The notes beneath the pieces are model-generated. The model worked only from the letters and a program-made list of their open reading frames with translations. It made no database searches and was not told the DNA's origin. A stretch of DNA of 63,716 nt, counting the filler, from Octopus bimaculoides (lineage: Eukaryota), in assembly GCF_001194135.2 (NCBI RefSeq). It is 5 parts of 5 records of this genome, joined end to end, with 100 filler letters (N's around TTAATTAATTAA, not from the genome) between each part and the next. Parts side by side here need not be neighbours in the genome. Positions count along the whole stretch, not along the records: positions 1 to 11,140 come from NC_069005.1; positions 11,241 to 42,580 come from NC_068988.1; 3 more parts are not named here. One strand, written 5' to 3'. The translations under genes and the position numbers were made by a program. Of this stretch, positions 1-12,966 are shown in pieces. Each line of letters opens with the position of its first letter. Positions within the stretch are counted from its first letter, which is position 1.

Positions 1-7
1 CACACAC

Positions 8-71
<64 letters not shown>

Positions 72-427
72 ATACACACACATACACATACACACACACA
101 TACACACACACATATAGATATATATACATATGTATATATAAGTAATAATTTAAACACCACACTCGGATCTGGAACTTACAGTGGATCGCGGACTTCACGC
201 CGATGTATACCTGAGTATATATATATATGAGTACTTATATCGATGAGTATATTGATCTGTCCATGTTCATGTATGAGTAAGTGGTAGGACAAGTCTGTGT
301 ATATATTAGTATGTACGTGAGTGTCCACATATACCGTGGATACACGGATACATTGTTCCCGACCCTGCCTTATGTCCTCATTATTAAAATACCATAACTC
401 TATACGATCCTGCAAATAATAATAATA

Positions 428-493
<66 letters not shown>

Positions 494-1541
494 NNNNNNN
501 NNNNNNNNNNNNNNNNNNNNNNNNNNNNNNNNNNNNNNNNNNNNNNNNNNNNNNNNNNNNNNNNNNNNNNNNNNNNNNNNNNNNNNNNNNNNNNNNNNNN
601 NNNNNNNNNNNNNNNNNNNNNNNNNNNNNNNNNNNNNNNNNNNNNNNNNNNNNNNNNNNNNNNNNNNNNNNNNNNNNNNNNNNNNNNNNNNNNNNNNNNN
701 NNNNNNNNNNNNNNNNNNNNNNNNNNNNNNNNNNNNNNNNNNNNNNNNNNNNNNNNNNNNNNNNNNNNNNNNNNNNNNNNNNNNNNNNNNNNNNNNNNNN
801 NNNNNNNNNNNNNNNNNNNNNNNNNNNNNNNNNNNNNNNNNNNNNNNNNNNNNNNNNNNNNNNNNNNNNNNNNNNNNNNNNNNNNNNNNNNNNNNNNNNN
901 NNNNNNNNNNNNNNNNNNNNNNNNNNNNNNNNNNNNNNNNNNNNNNNNNNNNNNNNNNNNNNNNNNNNNNNNNNNNNNNNNNNNNNNNNNNNNNNNNNNN
1001 NNNNNNNNNNNNNNNNNNNNNNNNNNNNNNNNNNNNNNNNNNNNNNNNNNNNNNNNNNNNNNNNNNNNNNNNNNNNNNNNNNNNNNNNNNNNNNNNNNNN
1101 NNNNNNNNNNNNNNNNNNNNNNNNNNNNNNNNNNNNNNNNNNNNNNNNNNNNNNNNNNNNNNNNNNNNNNNNNNNNNNNNNNNNNNNNNNNNNNNNNNNN
1201 NNNNNNNNNNNNNNNNNNNNNNNNNNNNNNNNNNNNNNNNNNNNNNNNNNNNNNNNNNNNNNNNNNNNNNNNNNNNNNNNNNNNNNNNNNNNNNNNNNNN
1301 NNNNNNNNNNNNNNNNNNNNNNNNNNNNNNNNNNNNNNNNNNNNNNNNNNNNNNNNNNNNNNNNNNNNNNNNNNNNNNNNNNNNNNNNNNNNNNNNNNNN
1401 NNNNNNNNNNNNNNNNNNNNNNNNNNNNNNNNNNNNNNNNNNNNNNNNNNNNNNNNNNNNNNNNNNNNNNNNNNNNNNNNNNNNNNNNNNNNNCCGACGC
1501 TTTTATAAAGAAAGAATATACATACATACATATATATTTAC

Positions 1542-1952
<411 letters not shown>

Positions 1953-2201
1953 CATTATTGATTTCTATTATATATTTTGTATATTTCTAGAAAAATATAT
2001 AAATATATGATAATGAAAACCCCACTGAACGATATGCAGATGCATGTAATGCTAAAGGGTTATACCTGATTGATTTGGAAATTCGTTTTCCCAAATTATA
2101 TATATATATATATCGCTTAGTCATTGCGATATTATTAACTCATTATACATATGCTTCTGAACGAAATGTTAGTCGAGTGCAGAGCGGTAATAGGAAAATG
2201 A

Positions 2202-2444
2202 GATGACAAAGGAATAAACGATTATCTTATGAACTTCATTAGCTTACAGCTGTTTCTGCCATAAAGTACAATGGACTCATAACTGAGTGGTTGAGTAACA
2301 CCTTATAGCTTCATCGGAGCCTCAAAATTCTCGATGAAGCTATAAGGTATTACTCAGGTACTCCATTGAGTCCACTGCATCTTATGGCAGAAACAGTGGA
2401 GAGCTAATGAAGTTCATAAGATAACTGTTTATTCCTTTGTCATC
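2202..2444. repeat. Fold-back inverted repeat, about 115-bp arms, 15-nt loop
   Basis: Perfect blocks of 18, 23, 15 and 16 bp (e.g. ttatcttatgaacttcattagct/agctaatgaagttcataagataa). Confidence 0.9.
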
Positions 2445-2825
2445 ACTTTTTCTTATTTATGTACATGCATACATACATACATACATACATACATACATAC
2501 ATAAATACATACATATAACAAAGNNNNNNNNNNNNNNNNNNNNNNNNNNNNNNNNNNNNNNNNNNNNNNNNNNNNNNNNNNNNNNNNNNNNNNNNNNNNN
2601 NNNNNNNNNNNNNNNNNNNNNNNNNNNNNNNNNNNNNNNNNNNNNNNNNNNNNNNNNNNNNNNNNNNNNNNNNNNNNNNNNNNNNNNNNNNNNNNNNNNN
2701 NNNNNNNNNNNNNNNNNNNNNNNNNNNNNNNNNNNNNNNNNNNNNNNNNNNNNNNNNNNNNNNNNNNNNNNNNNNNNNNNNNNNNNNNNNNNNNNNNNNN
2801 NNNNNNNNNNNNNNNNNNNNNNNNN

Positions 2826-2831
2826 TGTGTG

Positions 2832-2900
<69 letters not shown>

Positions 2901-2901
2901 T

Positions 2902-2952
<51 letters not shown>

Positions 2953-2957
2953 TGATT

Positions 2958-3028
<71 letters not shown>

Positions 3029-3090
3029 GCATACATACATACATACATACATACATACATACATACATACATACATACATACATACATAA
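2826..3090. repeat. Compound (GATA)n/(TACA)n microsatellite, representative of the many (CA)n, (TA)n, (GA)n, (TAA)n, (GATA)n tracts in the window
   Basis: Direct inspection. Confidence 0.95.
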
Positions 3091-3250
3091 ACACACCTAA
3101 ACATGCGCATGCATATGCATATTCATACATATACACATGTACATAATGTGTGTTTGTGAGTGTATTCGTGTGAAAATTTTTGAAGCAGAAAATATTTCAC
3201 AACTTACTTTGGGACCTCGACACTCTTCCATCCATCCATCCATCCATCCA

Positions 3251-3307
<57 letters not shown>

Positions 3308-4006
3308 CGGCTGCTGCAAACTAAAAGAATATATGTACATGTAACGTATCTATAACGTATAATGTTAAAGTAGAGTAGTATATAACACTATACCTTGCCT
3401 CTTAGATTTTCCCCTATGCTGTGTGCTGTGCGCTGTCTGCATGCATAGATGTATTTATTTTCTTCATTTTCTTTTATATATTTATACATGTTTATTTCTA
3501 TTTGTTTACTTTTTGTTGCTGTCGTCTGCCAACAGATTCAAAGAAGATAAAAAAGAAAATGGAAGACGAACCCAAACAATAGCTTTGCAGCAGTTAAGCA
3601 GACCCATCCAAGCAAGCAACTTGTCAAAAAGTTATCACTTTTACTATTTTGTTATTTATTGTTGCTACATAAGTGTTACTGAGAATCCTCATTTTCCATT
3701 TTTTCACTCTCTGCAATTCTCTCACCCACGTCACCGTTTTATTCTGAATTATCTTGTTTTTTGTTTTGTTTTGTTCTTTTTGTCTATTTCGTACGTCAGC
3801 CGTCCCTAATATTCTGAACCCTTGTGGCTAATAAAAGAAAACCTATCTATCTTCGTTTATCATGGGTGTTTGGTTTAAAAGAAACTGTTAAATGAATCAG
3901 AGACAAATAAATAATAGAACATATGGGGAAAATAGGTTTCGTTCCGAGACCCCAAGTTGTCCCCCTAACCCAAATAACACCGCCAAACAACTTTTACACA
4001 CACACA

Positions 4007-4089
<83 letters not shown>

Positions 4090-4458
4090 GTTTAGATTTA
4101 TGTTTAGAAAATATTTAGACTAAAATTTAGAGTAAAATCTTTTCTTTTTCACTCCAGTTCTCCCTCACCCACCTCGTTATTTTCTTTTTAGTTCTTTTCT
4201 GTGTCCTTGTGGTCAATAAAAGAAATCCTTGTACATCAATCCTCATATATTGAGGGTATTTGGTTATAAGAGCAAAAATACCATTTAAAGTGAATTATCA
4301 GGATGGTATAGTAGAGCACATGGGATACCAACTTATCCTCCTAACTTACCCAAATAGCACCTCCAAACCGTTTTTAAACAGACATAATGATATTGTTCAT
4401 GTTTGGAAAAATACTTGAGAAAACATAATCAAATGATTAGTCAATAACGGTTTTAAAT

Positions 4459-4662
4459 TTTTGCGCAAGGCCAGCAATTTAGGCGAAAAACTAAGTCGAT
4501 TACATCGATCTCAAAGCTCAACTGGTACTTATTTTATCGACCCCGAAAGGATGAAAGGTAAAGTTGACCTTGGCGGAATTTGAACTCAGAACGTAAAGAC
4601 GAACGAAATGCCGCTAAGCACTTCACCCGCCGTGCTCACGATCCTGCCAGCTCGCCGCCTTT
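4459..4662 (-). mobile_element. tRNA-derived SINE, family A
   Basis: On the minus strand: A-box-like tggcaggatcg, B-box gagttcaaattcc and central cctttcatcctttcggggtcgataaaataagtaccag, shared by many copies in the window. Confidence 0.8.
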
Positions 4663-4837
4663 GATTAGTTAATAATAAAAGTATAACAGCGAAAAATATA
4701 ACTAGCAGAATCTTTGACTGGTTGCTGAGCCATGTTATGACAGATTAATTCGTAATAAGCTTGATACCGGTTCGCAGCGTGCCATTTCATCTTGAATCAG
4801 TGATGAATGACTCAAGCGATAAACTAGGATACTTTTA

Positions 4838-5035
4838 CCTTTTCTTGTTTCAAACATTAGATTGCGGCCGTGCTGGGGCACCACCTTGAGCAATTTTAGT
4901 CAAATGAATCAACCCCAGTACATTTTTAAAACCCAGGTACTTATTCTTCTCGGTTTCTTTTTGCCGGACCGCTAAGTTACGGGAACCTAAACAAACCAAC
5001 ACCGGTTGTCAAGTGAGGAAAAACCTTGCATAGGA
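4838..5035 (-). mobile_element. SINE 3' half (family E; further copies at about 7812-7985, 31308-31510, 36712-36905, 54915-55020)
   Basis: Recurrent (ga)ctgcggccatgctggagcac...atcgaccccag.acttatt...ccaacac.ggttgtcaag block seen five times. Confidence 0.7.
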
Positions 5036-5105
5036 CTAACCACGCTCATACACACGCACGCGCACTACACACAAACAAAAACACACACATATGCATACAA
5101 ACATA

Positions 5106-6395
5106 TCAGGTCATCCCATAAGTTCTGTCCGAATTTTGAATAAAGAAAACAAGTGATCAAATGTTATACTTAATTGAAATTTAATCATCAATGTACTTTC
5201 CCTGATTAACTATGATTTCCCTCCATCTATTTACAAGCTTTTTAATCCCATCAATGTAAAACTCTTTTGGTTTCAAAGCAAAGAACTCTGAAATGTCAGT
5301 TTTGACTTCCTCTTGGCTTGCAAAAGTTATGTCCCCCAAATGATTCTGTAAACTACGAAACAAACGGTAGTCTGAAGGAACAAGGTCGGGAGAATAAGGT
5401 GGATGAGGAATCTTTTCCCAACCGAGCTCTTCGATCTTTTGTGATGTGATCTTTGCAGTGTGGGGTCGTGCATTGTCCTGATGAAACATCACTCCTTTTC
5501 GATTCACTAAAGCGGGTCTTTTTTTCTTCAAAGCTTAGTTCAAACGCTCTAATTGCTGACAATAGACTTGAGCATTGATTGTTGCATTAGGTGGTAACAA
5601 TTCAAAGAGGAGTATTCCTTTGCAATCCCACCAGATAGAGAGAAAAACCTTTTCCCCATGAAGTTCCCTTCTCAGTTGTGGTTGAGCTTTTTCCCTTTTA
5701 CCAAGCCACTGTTTACGACGTTTAACATTTCGATAGAAGGTCCATTTTTCGTCACCAGTCACAAGTCTATCCAAAAAGGGTGAAATGAGTTTGCGAGAAT
5801 GGAGAGAAGAGCAGATGTCAACTAGGGATTTGCGCTTGCTTTCGGACAATTCATGAGGTACCCATTTTCCAAGTTTAAGAACCTTTCCAAGTTGTTGAAG
5901 ATGACGATGAACAGTTGTATGGTTTGAACTAAGCTTTATTGCTAATTCTTCAACTGATAATGCAGGATTTTCTTCATGTAATGCCTCAAAGAGCTTATCA
6001 TCAAATTCAACTGGACGTCCTGTTCTATCTTCACCTTCAAGGCTGAAATCTCCACTTCTGAATTTTGCAAACCATCTTCTGCAAGTTCTTTCATTCAAGC
6101 ATTCTTTCCCATAAATTGAGTGTATGTTTCGAGTCGCTTTGGCTGCAGAGTTTCCTTTTTTGTACTCTTAAAGCATTATGTGCCTCAAATGCTGTTTGGA
6201 TCCGTCCATGGTAGAAAGGGGTTTTAATCAAAGAAATTTTAATTCTATTATTCTGTAAAATAATATGTAATTAGTTTAAATGGACACAAGTGCATAAAAA
6301 TAATTTTTAATTCCATTAGACATTCTAAAATACTATTAAATTTCATTCAATTTTGAAAAAAGGCAAAATCGGACAGAACTTATGGGATGACCTGA
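5106..6395 (-). mobile_element. Full-length mariner (Tc1/mariner, DD34D) DNA transposon, 1290 bp
   Basis: Perfect 27-bp TIRs TCAGGTCATCCCATAAGTTCTGTCCGA (5106-5132 and 6369-6395), TA on both flanks (5104-5105, 6396-6397), internal transposase. Confidence 0.96.
5181..6209 (-). pseudogene. Mariner transposase, 342 codons, two in-frame TAA stops and no frameshift
   Basis: ATG at 6209 reads MDGSKQHLRHIML*EYKKGNSAAKATRN..., then WVPHEL, VTGDEKW, HQDNARPH and YSPDLVPSD, with 34 residues between D2 and D3. Stops at 6168-6170 and 5535-5537. Track ORFs 5535-6098 and 5181-5531 are in the same frame. Confidence 0.92.
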
Positions 6396-6802
6396 TATAT
6401 ACACACGCATACACACGCATGGCCCAGTGGTTAAGGTGTTGAGCTTATGCACAGGCATCGCTTGATTAGTATCTCTATTATATATCGTATATTATGTGCC
6501 AATAATTAAGAGTTTACTAATTAAGAGTTTATTGTGTTTGACATTCAGTTGACCCCCACCCTGCCACTTTAAATAAATTCCCCAACTTCATTCCACTGGT
6601 TCTTTTGAGTTATTTCCTATAGTGCTTTGTGAGGAGACATGTAAAAACAAAAACAAAACTATATCCGTTACACCGATGAGGGTATGAGCTGCTTTCGCTA
6701 ATTGTTTTAGACGCTTATGTAGTAGCAAGCAGATAAATATACCCTTCCGTCCCTCTTGCCCTTGGGTCCAGTAGAAAATCAAACATGTGACTGATGAAGG
6801 TT

Positions 6803-6831
6803 AGAGAGAGAGAGAGAGGGGAGAGAGAGGG

Positions 6832-6864
<33 letters not shown>

Positions 6865-7086
6865 CTAGAGAGAGAGCTAGAGAGAGAGAGCTAGAGAGAG
6901 AGCTAGAGAGAGAGAGAGAGCTAGAGAGAGAGAGACCTAGAGAGAGAGATCTAGAGAGAGAGACCTAGAGAGAGAGACCTAGAGAGAGACCTAGAGAAAG
7001 AGACCTAGAGAGAGAGACCTAGAGAGAGAGAGGAAAGAGCGAGAGGAGAGGAAAGAGCGAGAGGAGAGGAAAGAGCGAGAGGAGAG
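6803..7086. repeat. Polypurine (GA)n-derived minisatellite
   Basis: (ga)n interrupted periodically by gcta/ccta, then a 16-bp unit gaggagaggaaagagc repeated about three times into a gap. Confidence 0.85.
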
Positions 7087-7992
7087 NNNNNNNNNNNNNN
7101 NNNNNNNNNNNNNNNNNNNNNNNNNNNNNNNNNNNNNNNNNNNNNNNNNNNNNNNNNNNNNNNNNNNNNNNNNNNNNNNNNNNNNNNNNNNNNNNNNNNN
7201 NNNNNNNNNNNNNNNNNNNNNNNNNNNNNNNNNNNNNNNNNNNNNNNNNNNNNNNNNNNNNNNNNNNNNNNNNNNNNNNNNNNNNNNNNNNNNNNNNNNN
7301 NNNNNNNNNNNNNNNNNNNNNNNNNNNNNNNNNNNNNNNNNNNNNNNNNNNNNNNNNNNNNNNNNNNNNNNNNNNNNNNNNNNNNNNNNNNNNNNNNNNN
7401 NNNNNNNNNNNNNNNNNNNNNNNNNNNNNNNNNNNNNNNNNNNNNNNNNNNNNNNNNNNNNNNNNNNNNNNNNNNNNNNNNNNNNNNNNNNNNNNNNNNN
7501 NNNNNNNNNNNNNNNNNNNNNNNNNNNNNNNNNNNNNNNNNNNNNNNNNNNNNNNNNNNNNNNNNNNNNNNNNNNNNNNNNNNNNNNNNNNNNNNNNNNN
7601 NNNNNNNNNNNNNNNNNNNNNNNNNNNNNNNNNNNNNNNNNNNNNNNNNNNNNNNNNNNNNNNNNNNNNNNNNNNNNNNNNNNNNNNNNNNNNNNNNNNN
7701 NNNNNNNNNNNNNNNNNNNNNNNNNNNNNNNNNNNNNNNNNNNNNNNNNNNNNNNNNNNNNNNNNNNNNNNNNNNNNNNNNNNNNNNNNNNNNNNNNNNN
7801 NNNNNNNNNAGATATAGGATTGCGGCCATGCTGGAGCACCGTGTCGAGGGGTTTAGTGGAAAAGGAATCGTCGTCAGTACTTATTTTTCTTTTTAAGTCT
7901 AACGCTTACTCTGTCGTTCTCTTTTCCCCCACCGCTTATTTATGAGGACAGAAACAAACCAACACCAGCTGTCAAGCAGTGCGACTGAAACA

Positions 7993-8036
<44 letters not shown>

Positions 8037-8194
8037 GAATCTATCTATCTATCTATCCATCTACGTGTGTGTTTGTGGGGGGGTGCGTGTGTGTATGTGT
8101 GTGTGAGTGAGGAGGGGGGGCTTAAGGACGCCACGCAGTAGGAGTAAATCCGAAACCAAGGGGCTAGGAAGCAAGTTTCTTGCCACACAACCAC

Positions 8195-8346
8195 GCTTGA
8201 CGGGCTTCCGCACAGTTTCTGTCCGCCAAATTCACTCACAAAGCATTGGTCGGCCCGAGTCATAGTAAAAAGCACTTACCCAAGGTGCCACGAAGTAGGA
8301 CTGATCTCAAAACCGCGTGATTGCAAGGCGAGCTTCTTAACCATGC
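8195..8346 (-). mobile_element. Family-D SINE 5' half
   Basis: ttcactcacaaagcattggtcggccc...cccaaggtgccacg..gtaggactga is the reverse complement of the family-D head/CORE-like part. Confidence 0.6.
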
Positions 8347-8860
8347 CTTTACCTTTAAGAAAAAAAAAATCCAGTGACAGATTTGCTCGAAATCGAATTA
8401 CAAACAGCAAATATGTGATGTGAGTGTGTGCGTGATTGTGTGTATGTGTGTGTATCAGAGTGTGTGTTTTGTAATATAATTTTTTTCTACTATTGGTACA
8501 AGGCCTGAAATTTGGGTGGAGGAGTAAAAACAGTAAGAACAAACGGTCGTTTGTTTTTAGTGTCGTGTTTTTACTTGTTTTTACTGTCGTGTTTTTACTT
8601 GTTTTTACTGTCTTGTTCTGTCTGTCCTGTTCTTGTTAACACTTACACCCTCCGCAAAAAAATCCAAATTTTATTTAATTTGCTTTGCAGGAAGGACTGT
8701 TCCAACGAAGTCGCGTATTGTCCTTGCCTTCGAAACGCGGAATAGATGGACAGAGACAACTAACGAAGGGATATACTCTTTATGTTGCATGTCTCGTTTC
8801 TCTGGGGGTTTTTTTTTCGTTGTTCGAAAAGAATTCGTTTTCTGTCTTCGTTTTTATGTT

Positions 8861-9078
8861 TTCGTTTTTCGTTTCTCATTGTGTTTAACGTTTCTTGATG
8901 TCCTGTACCCATATATGCATGTATGTATACATATAGATGTAGGTATGTACATATATGTATGGATATATGCATATATCCATACATATATGTACATACCTAC
9001 ATCTATATGTATACATACATGCATATATGGGTACAGGACATCAAGAAACGTTAAACACAATGAGAAACGAAAAACGAA
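8861..9078. repeat. Perfect spacer-less 218-bp palindrome ending at an N gap
   Basis: 109-bp arms identical base for base, centre between 8969 and 8970; the same peptide appears on both strands in the ORF track. Confidence 0.92.
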
Positions 9079-9269
9079 NNNNNNNNNNNNNNNNNNNNNN
9101 NNNNNNNNNNNNNNNNNNNNNNNNNNNNNNNNNNNNNNNNNNNNNNNNNNNNNNNNNNNNNNNNNNNNNNNNNNNNNNNNNNNNNNNNNNNNNNNNNNNN
9201 NNNNNNNNNNNNNNNNNNNNNNNNNNNNNNNNNNNNNNNNNNNNNNNNNNNNNNNNNNNAATCATAATT

Positions 9270-9307
<38 letters not shown>

Positions 9308-9706
9308 GCTAGAAGTTGGTATCAAATGTCTACAAGCCATTCTAAATCTGTTGGCTTGTAAACATCTGTTGGCTTGTAAACATCTGACATCAATTTCTAG
9401 CGTATAGGCGTTGGCATTCCAGCGCCTTTAATTATGATTGTTTTTATAATTATATACTTTATATACATACATACATACATACATACATACATACATACAT
9501 ACATACATACATACATACATTCGTATGAACTTATGTTTAACTCTTTCTAGTGTATTGGGACATGTTAAGACCTATTGCTATCGAAATATTCCCGGGAGAA
9601 AACTCTCCTTCTAGACTTCTGTAACTACATATTTTGTTTTAAGCTGTGAATAACGTGATTAGATCGTAGAACGCATGCATTTCGGCGTCGTTCCGCTTCG
9701 TCAGCG

Positions 9707-10385
9707 ATGAAAAATAATTCAGTCACTCACAGCCCGTTCAGTATAGAATTATACTTATGAAAAAGCAAACGGAATGTTTGCTGATGTGCGTACGGTTTGG
9801 CCAGGCTGGAATTAATTAAATGACGTCGCACGAAGTAGAGTTGAGTAAAATATATTTCTGTAAAAGTTCTGTTTAACACGTTCTTGTGTAATCGTATATG
9901 ACACGTTCGGGCGTACTGTGATCCATGAAGATCGTTGTCTGATGGTCTGTAAATTTTCCAAAGAAGTAAGCATTTTTGAAATATCGTTCGACACGCTTTT
10001 AAAGAAAAATTGAAGATACGCCTTTGAGGTGTGCTTGAATGTTATACTGCAGTAAAATGTGTTCTGTGTCTGCTGACAAATGAAGAAAAAAGAGAACCGA
10101 GTTACAGTCAGTCTAGGACTGTTTAAGTGTTCGAATACTGATAACGGATTTCTGGAAAGTGTCGTTGAAAGAGGATCAAGTGTGGATTTTCTGTTACAAT
10201 GTTGAAAATGAAAGGCAATTGTCAGGGTGGAGTCGATCACCGTAAGCATTGCCACAACACTAAAATACACATTAGAATCCACTCAAATGTGAAGTTGATG
10301 TAGATTGCCTTTAGTAGTTGGAAGGGCTATTGTTCATTATGAGTTTGTCTTCGCGTGTAGGGTTTTACTTCGACGTTCTGACAGA
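9707..10385 (+). mobile_element. Highly decayed mariner transposase relic (probably irritans-like)
   Basis: Frameshifted fragments occur in transposase order: LNDVARS, VIHEDRCLMV, KKENRVTVSLGLFKCSNTDNGFLESVV, EDQVWIFCYNVENERQLSGW (cf. GDETWVYGYDVETKRQSSQW), SNVKLM*IAFSSWKG, IVHYEFV, FYFDVL. No TIRs identified; ends approximate. Confidence 0.6.
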
Positions 10386-10643
10386 GGAGGGGAAACTTGG
10401 TTACTATTTCTAGTTTTTAGGAGTTGGAGCGACGGCATAGAGTAGTCATGAGCAACCTGTAGCCTACAGGACATTCCGAATGGCACGCCCAATAAAAAAT
10501 TACATTCAATTTTTGTTGGTGCAACTCGCTTTATGATAAGTCATGTCTCCATGAAAACGGTTGCCCATACCTGACACACAGTCTTCTTTGATGGGGGTTT
10601 TTTTGTGTATGGGTACATGTATGTGTGTCTATGTATATGTGCA

Positions 10644-10699
<56 letters not shown>

Positions 10700-10963
10700 T
10701 ATACATACACACACATACAAACCTTTCCCTGAATTTAAGTGTTTTGCATGTGTATAGCCATTGTCATTTGGAACAATAACGAGTGCTAGAGAAGGTAGGC
10801 TGGCCTCCTCGTAATGACCAGTGATGATCGGTATATCATTCCAGTGACCGCAGTACCCTCTAGTGTTCACCACAAGAACTCGTTTTGCCAGCGGCCCAAA
10901 GTAGACAATTGCACCGAACGACTTCATAGCATGATGATCTGATGATTACTGACACGTTTACTG

Positions 10964-11013
<50 letters not shown>

Positions 11014-11184
11014 GTGTGGATGTATATATGTATATACAATATACAATATATATGTATACACAAATATATATCATATATATATATATGTATATTTATATAT
11101 ATATATACATATATTTATATATACATATGTATTAACATATNNNNNNNNNNNNNNNNNNNNNNNNNNNNNNNNNNNNNNNNNNNN

Positions 11185-11196
11185 TTAATTAATTAA
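11185..11196. other. Artificial scaffolding spacer TTAATTAATTAA inside N gaps (also 42625-42636, 55817-55828, 62627-62638)
   Basis: Identical 12-mer preceded by exactly 44 N in all four cases; it has stops in all six frames. Confidence 0.9.
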
Positions 11197-11439
11197 NNNN
11201 NNNNNNNNNNNNNNNNNNNNNNNNNNNNNNNNNNNNNNNNCTCTTTCACTTTCTCCTCTCCTTCTCTCTGGTTATGTATGTGTGCGTGTGTACATGTGTG
11301 TGTGTGTGTGTGTGAGAATCTATTTGTGCTTGATATATGTGTGTGTGCATTTGTTTGTATGTGTGCAATATATGCATATATATATACTATATATACGTTT
11401 GTCTCTATATGATTCTCCCTCTCTTTCTCTATCTGTCTG

Positions 11440-11470
<31 letters not shown>

Positions 11471-11750
11471 ACTTATGCATATGCGTATCTTTTTGTGTAT
11501 AGCTGTATACATTCATCTGTATCTGTGCATTTACATGTATGTATGTATGTTTGTATGTATGTGTGACTTTTTCTCTCTCGCTCTCTGCTCGTGTGTGTAT
11601 GTGTGTCTTTTTGTGTCTGTATCTGTATATACATATTTGTGTGAATGTATGTATGTATGTATGTATGCATGTGTGACTGTCTCTATCTGATTCCTATTCC
11701 TTCATTCTCCAATTCCCAATTTCTCTCTCTCTCTCCCTCTCTCTCTCTCA

Positions 11751-11801
<51 letters not shown>

Positions 11802-12053
11802 TCACGAACGTGTGTGTGTATGTATTTCTTTGTCTAATACTTCCCTGCCTTGCTCTCCTCCTTCCTCTCCCCTCACTGACCCATACTCCCTCCCCCAACA
11901 CTCTCTACTACTGTTACCACCACCACTACCAACCTCCCCACACACACACACGTTTCCATCTTTATTTATTGCCTAATGTTTCCAAGGCCAAACACAACAC
12001 ACAAACCCTTTCTCATTCTCCCTTTCATCTTTGATCCTTTCACTTAATTCTTT

Positions 12054-12085
<32 letters not shown>

Positions 12086-12966
12086 CCACTTTCTCTATCT
12101 CTCTATCTCTCTCTCTCTTTTTCTATCTATCTATCTATCTATCTTTATTGCTCTTTCTTCCCAACAGTTATCTCCTCTTCCTCCCTCTTTTTCGTCTTTA
12201 TCCCTTTTGCATTCTTTTACTTACTCTATCACTCTCATCTCTCCCTCTCCCCCCTCTCTCACAACACCAAAGAAGCAATGTACAAGCTCCTGCAAGTCAC
12301 AAGACCTGCTGAAAATAGCAACAAAATCTCCCTCAGATCTCTTCTACCAGCTCAAAGGCAATGACATACATTGGACTATGGGTTTAGTCTTAGATAAACT
12401 TTGATTGGATGGTCACGTGTGGAACGTCTTCCATCACTGGTTTGTGCAATTAAAGACAACAAAGGGCCGAGCAGCAGCAATACCTTATTACAGTAATCAT
12501 AAAGGGATAACAAAGCCTCTCTATATGGTCATAGAAATAGCAGCCAAATCCTCTTGGATCACAGCCTACCATCCTTCGAAAAGGAAGGACATGTCAGACA
12601 ACATGATCTTAGAAGTATGGGGGGAAAATATATTGGTCATAACTGGAATGCCTTTGATCACAGGTCTGCTCAGTCAAGTTAAAGTCTGTCTTGGGGCTAC
12701 AAGCCCATTAGAATGGAGTGTTTCCCCTGTTTCCGTGGTGATTTAAGCAATTGAGAATATAAAACATCCCTCTGAACAGGATACTGGTCCATTGTAGAGT
12801 TAACCTCCTGCCACCATCACCACCATCCAGCTGCTGCCAAAATTTGTTTAGAGCTGAGTGTACCAAAATAAAGTGAAATGAAGTGTCTTGCCCAAGGAAA
12901 CATTGTGCCACCTAATCTGAAAATTGAATCTTTGACCCTAATAGTCATAAACTTGACACACAAGTC

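Noticed and set aside
5535-6170. Rescue of the mariner's two UAA stops by A-to-I editing
   Set aside because: It would need double editing at both codons and would give Trp at both sites; no evidence of transcription of that strand.
9664-9710. Minus-strand CTGACGA-AGCGGAACGACGCC-GAAA-TGCATGCG-TT hammerhead-like motif
   Set aside because: Mismatches at the core-closing pair of stem II and in stem I, and it overlaps the presumed 5' region of the decayed mariner; likely coincidence.
11185-11196. Recurrent TTAATTAATTAA (four copies) as a biological motif
   Set aside because: It always sits in an N gap after exactly 44 N, so it is an assembly spacer.
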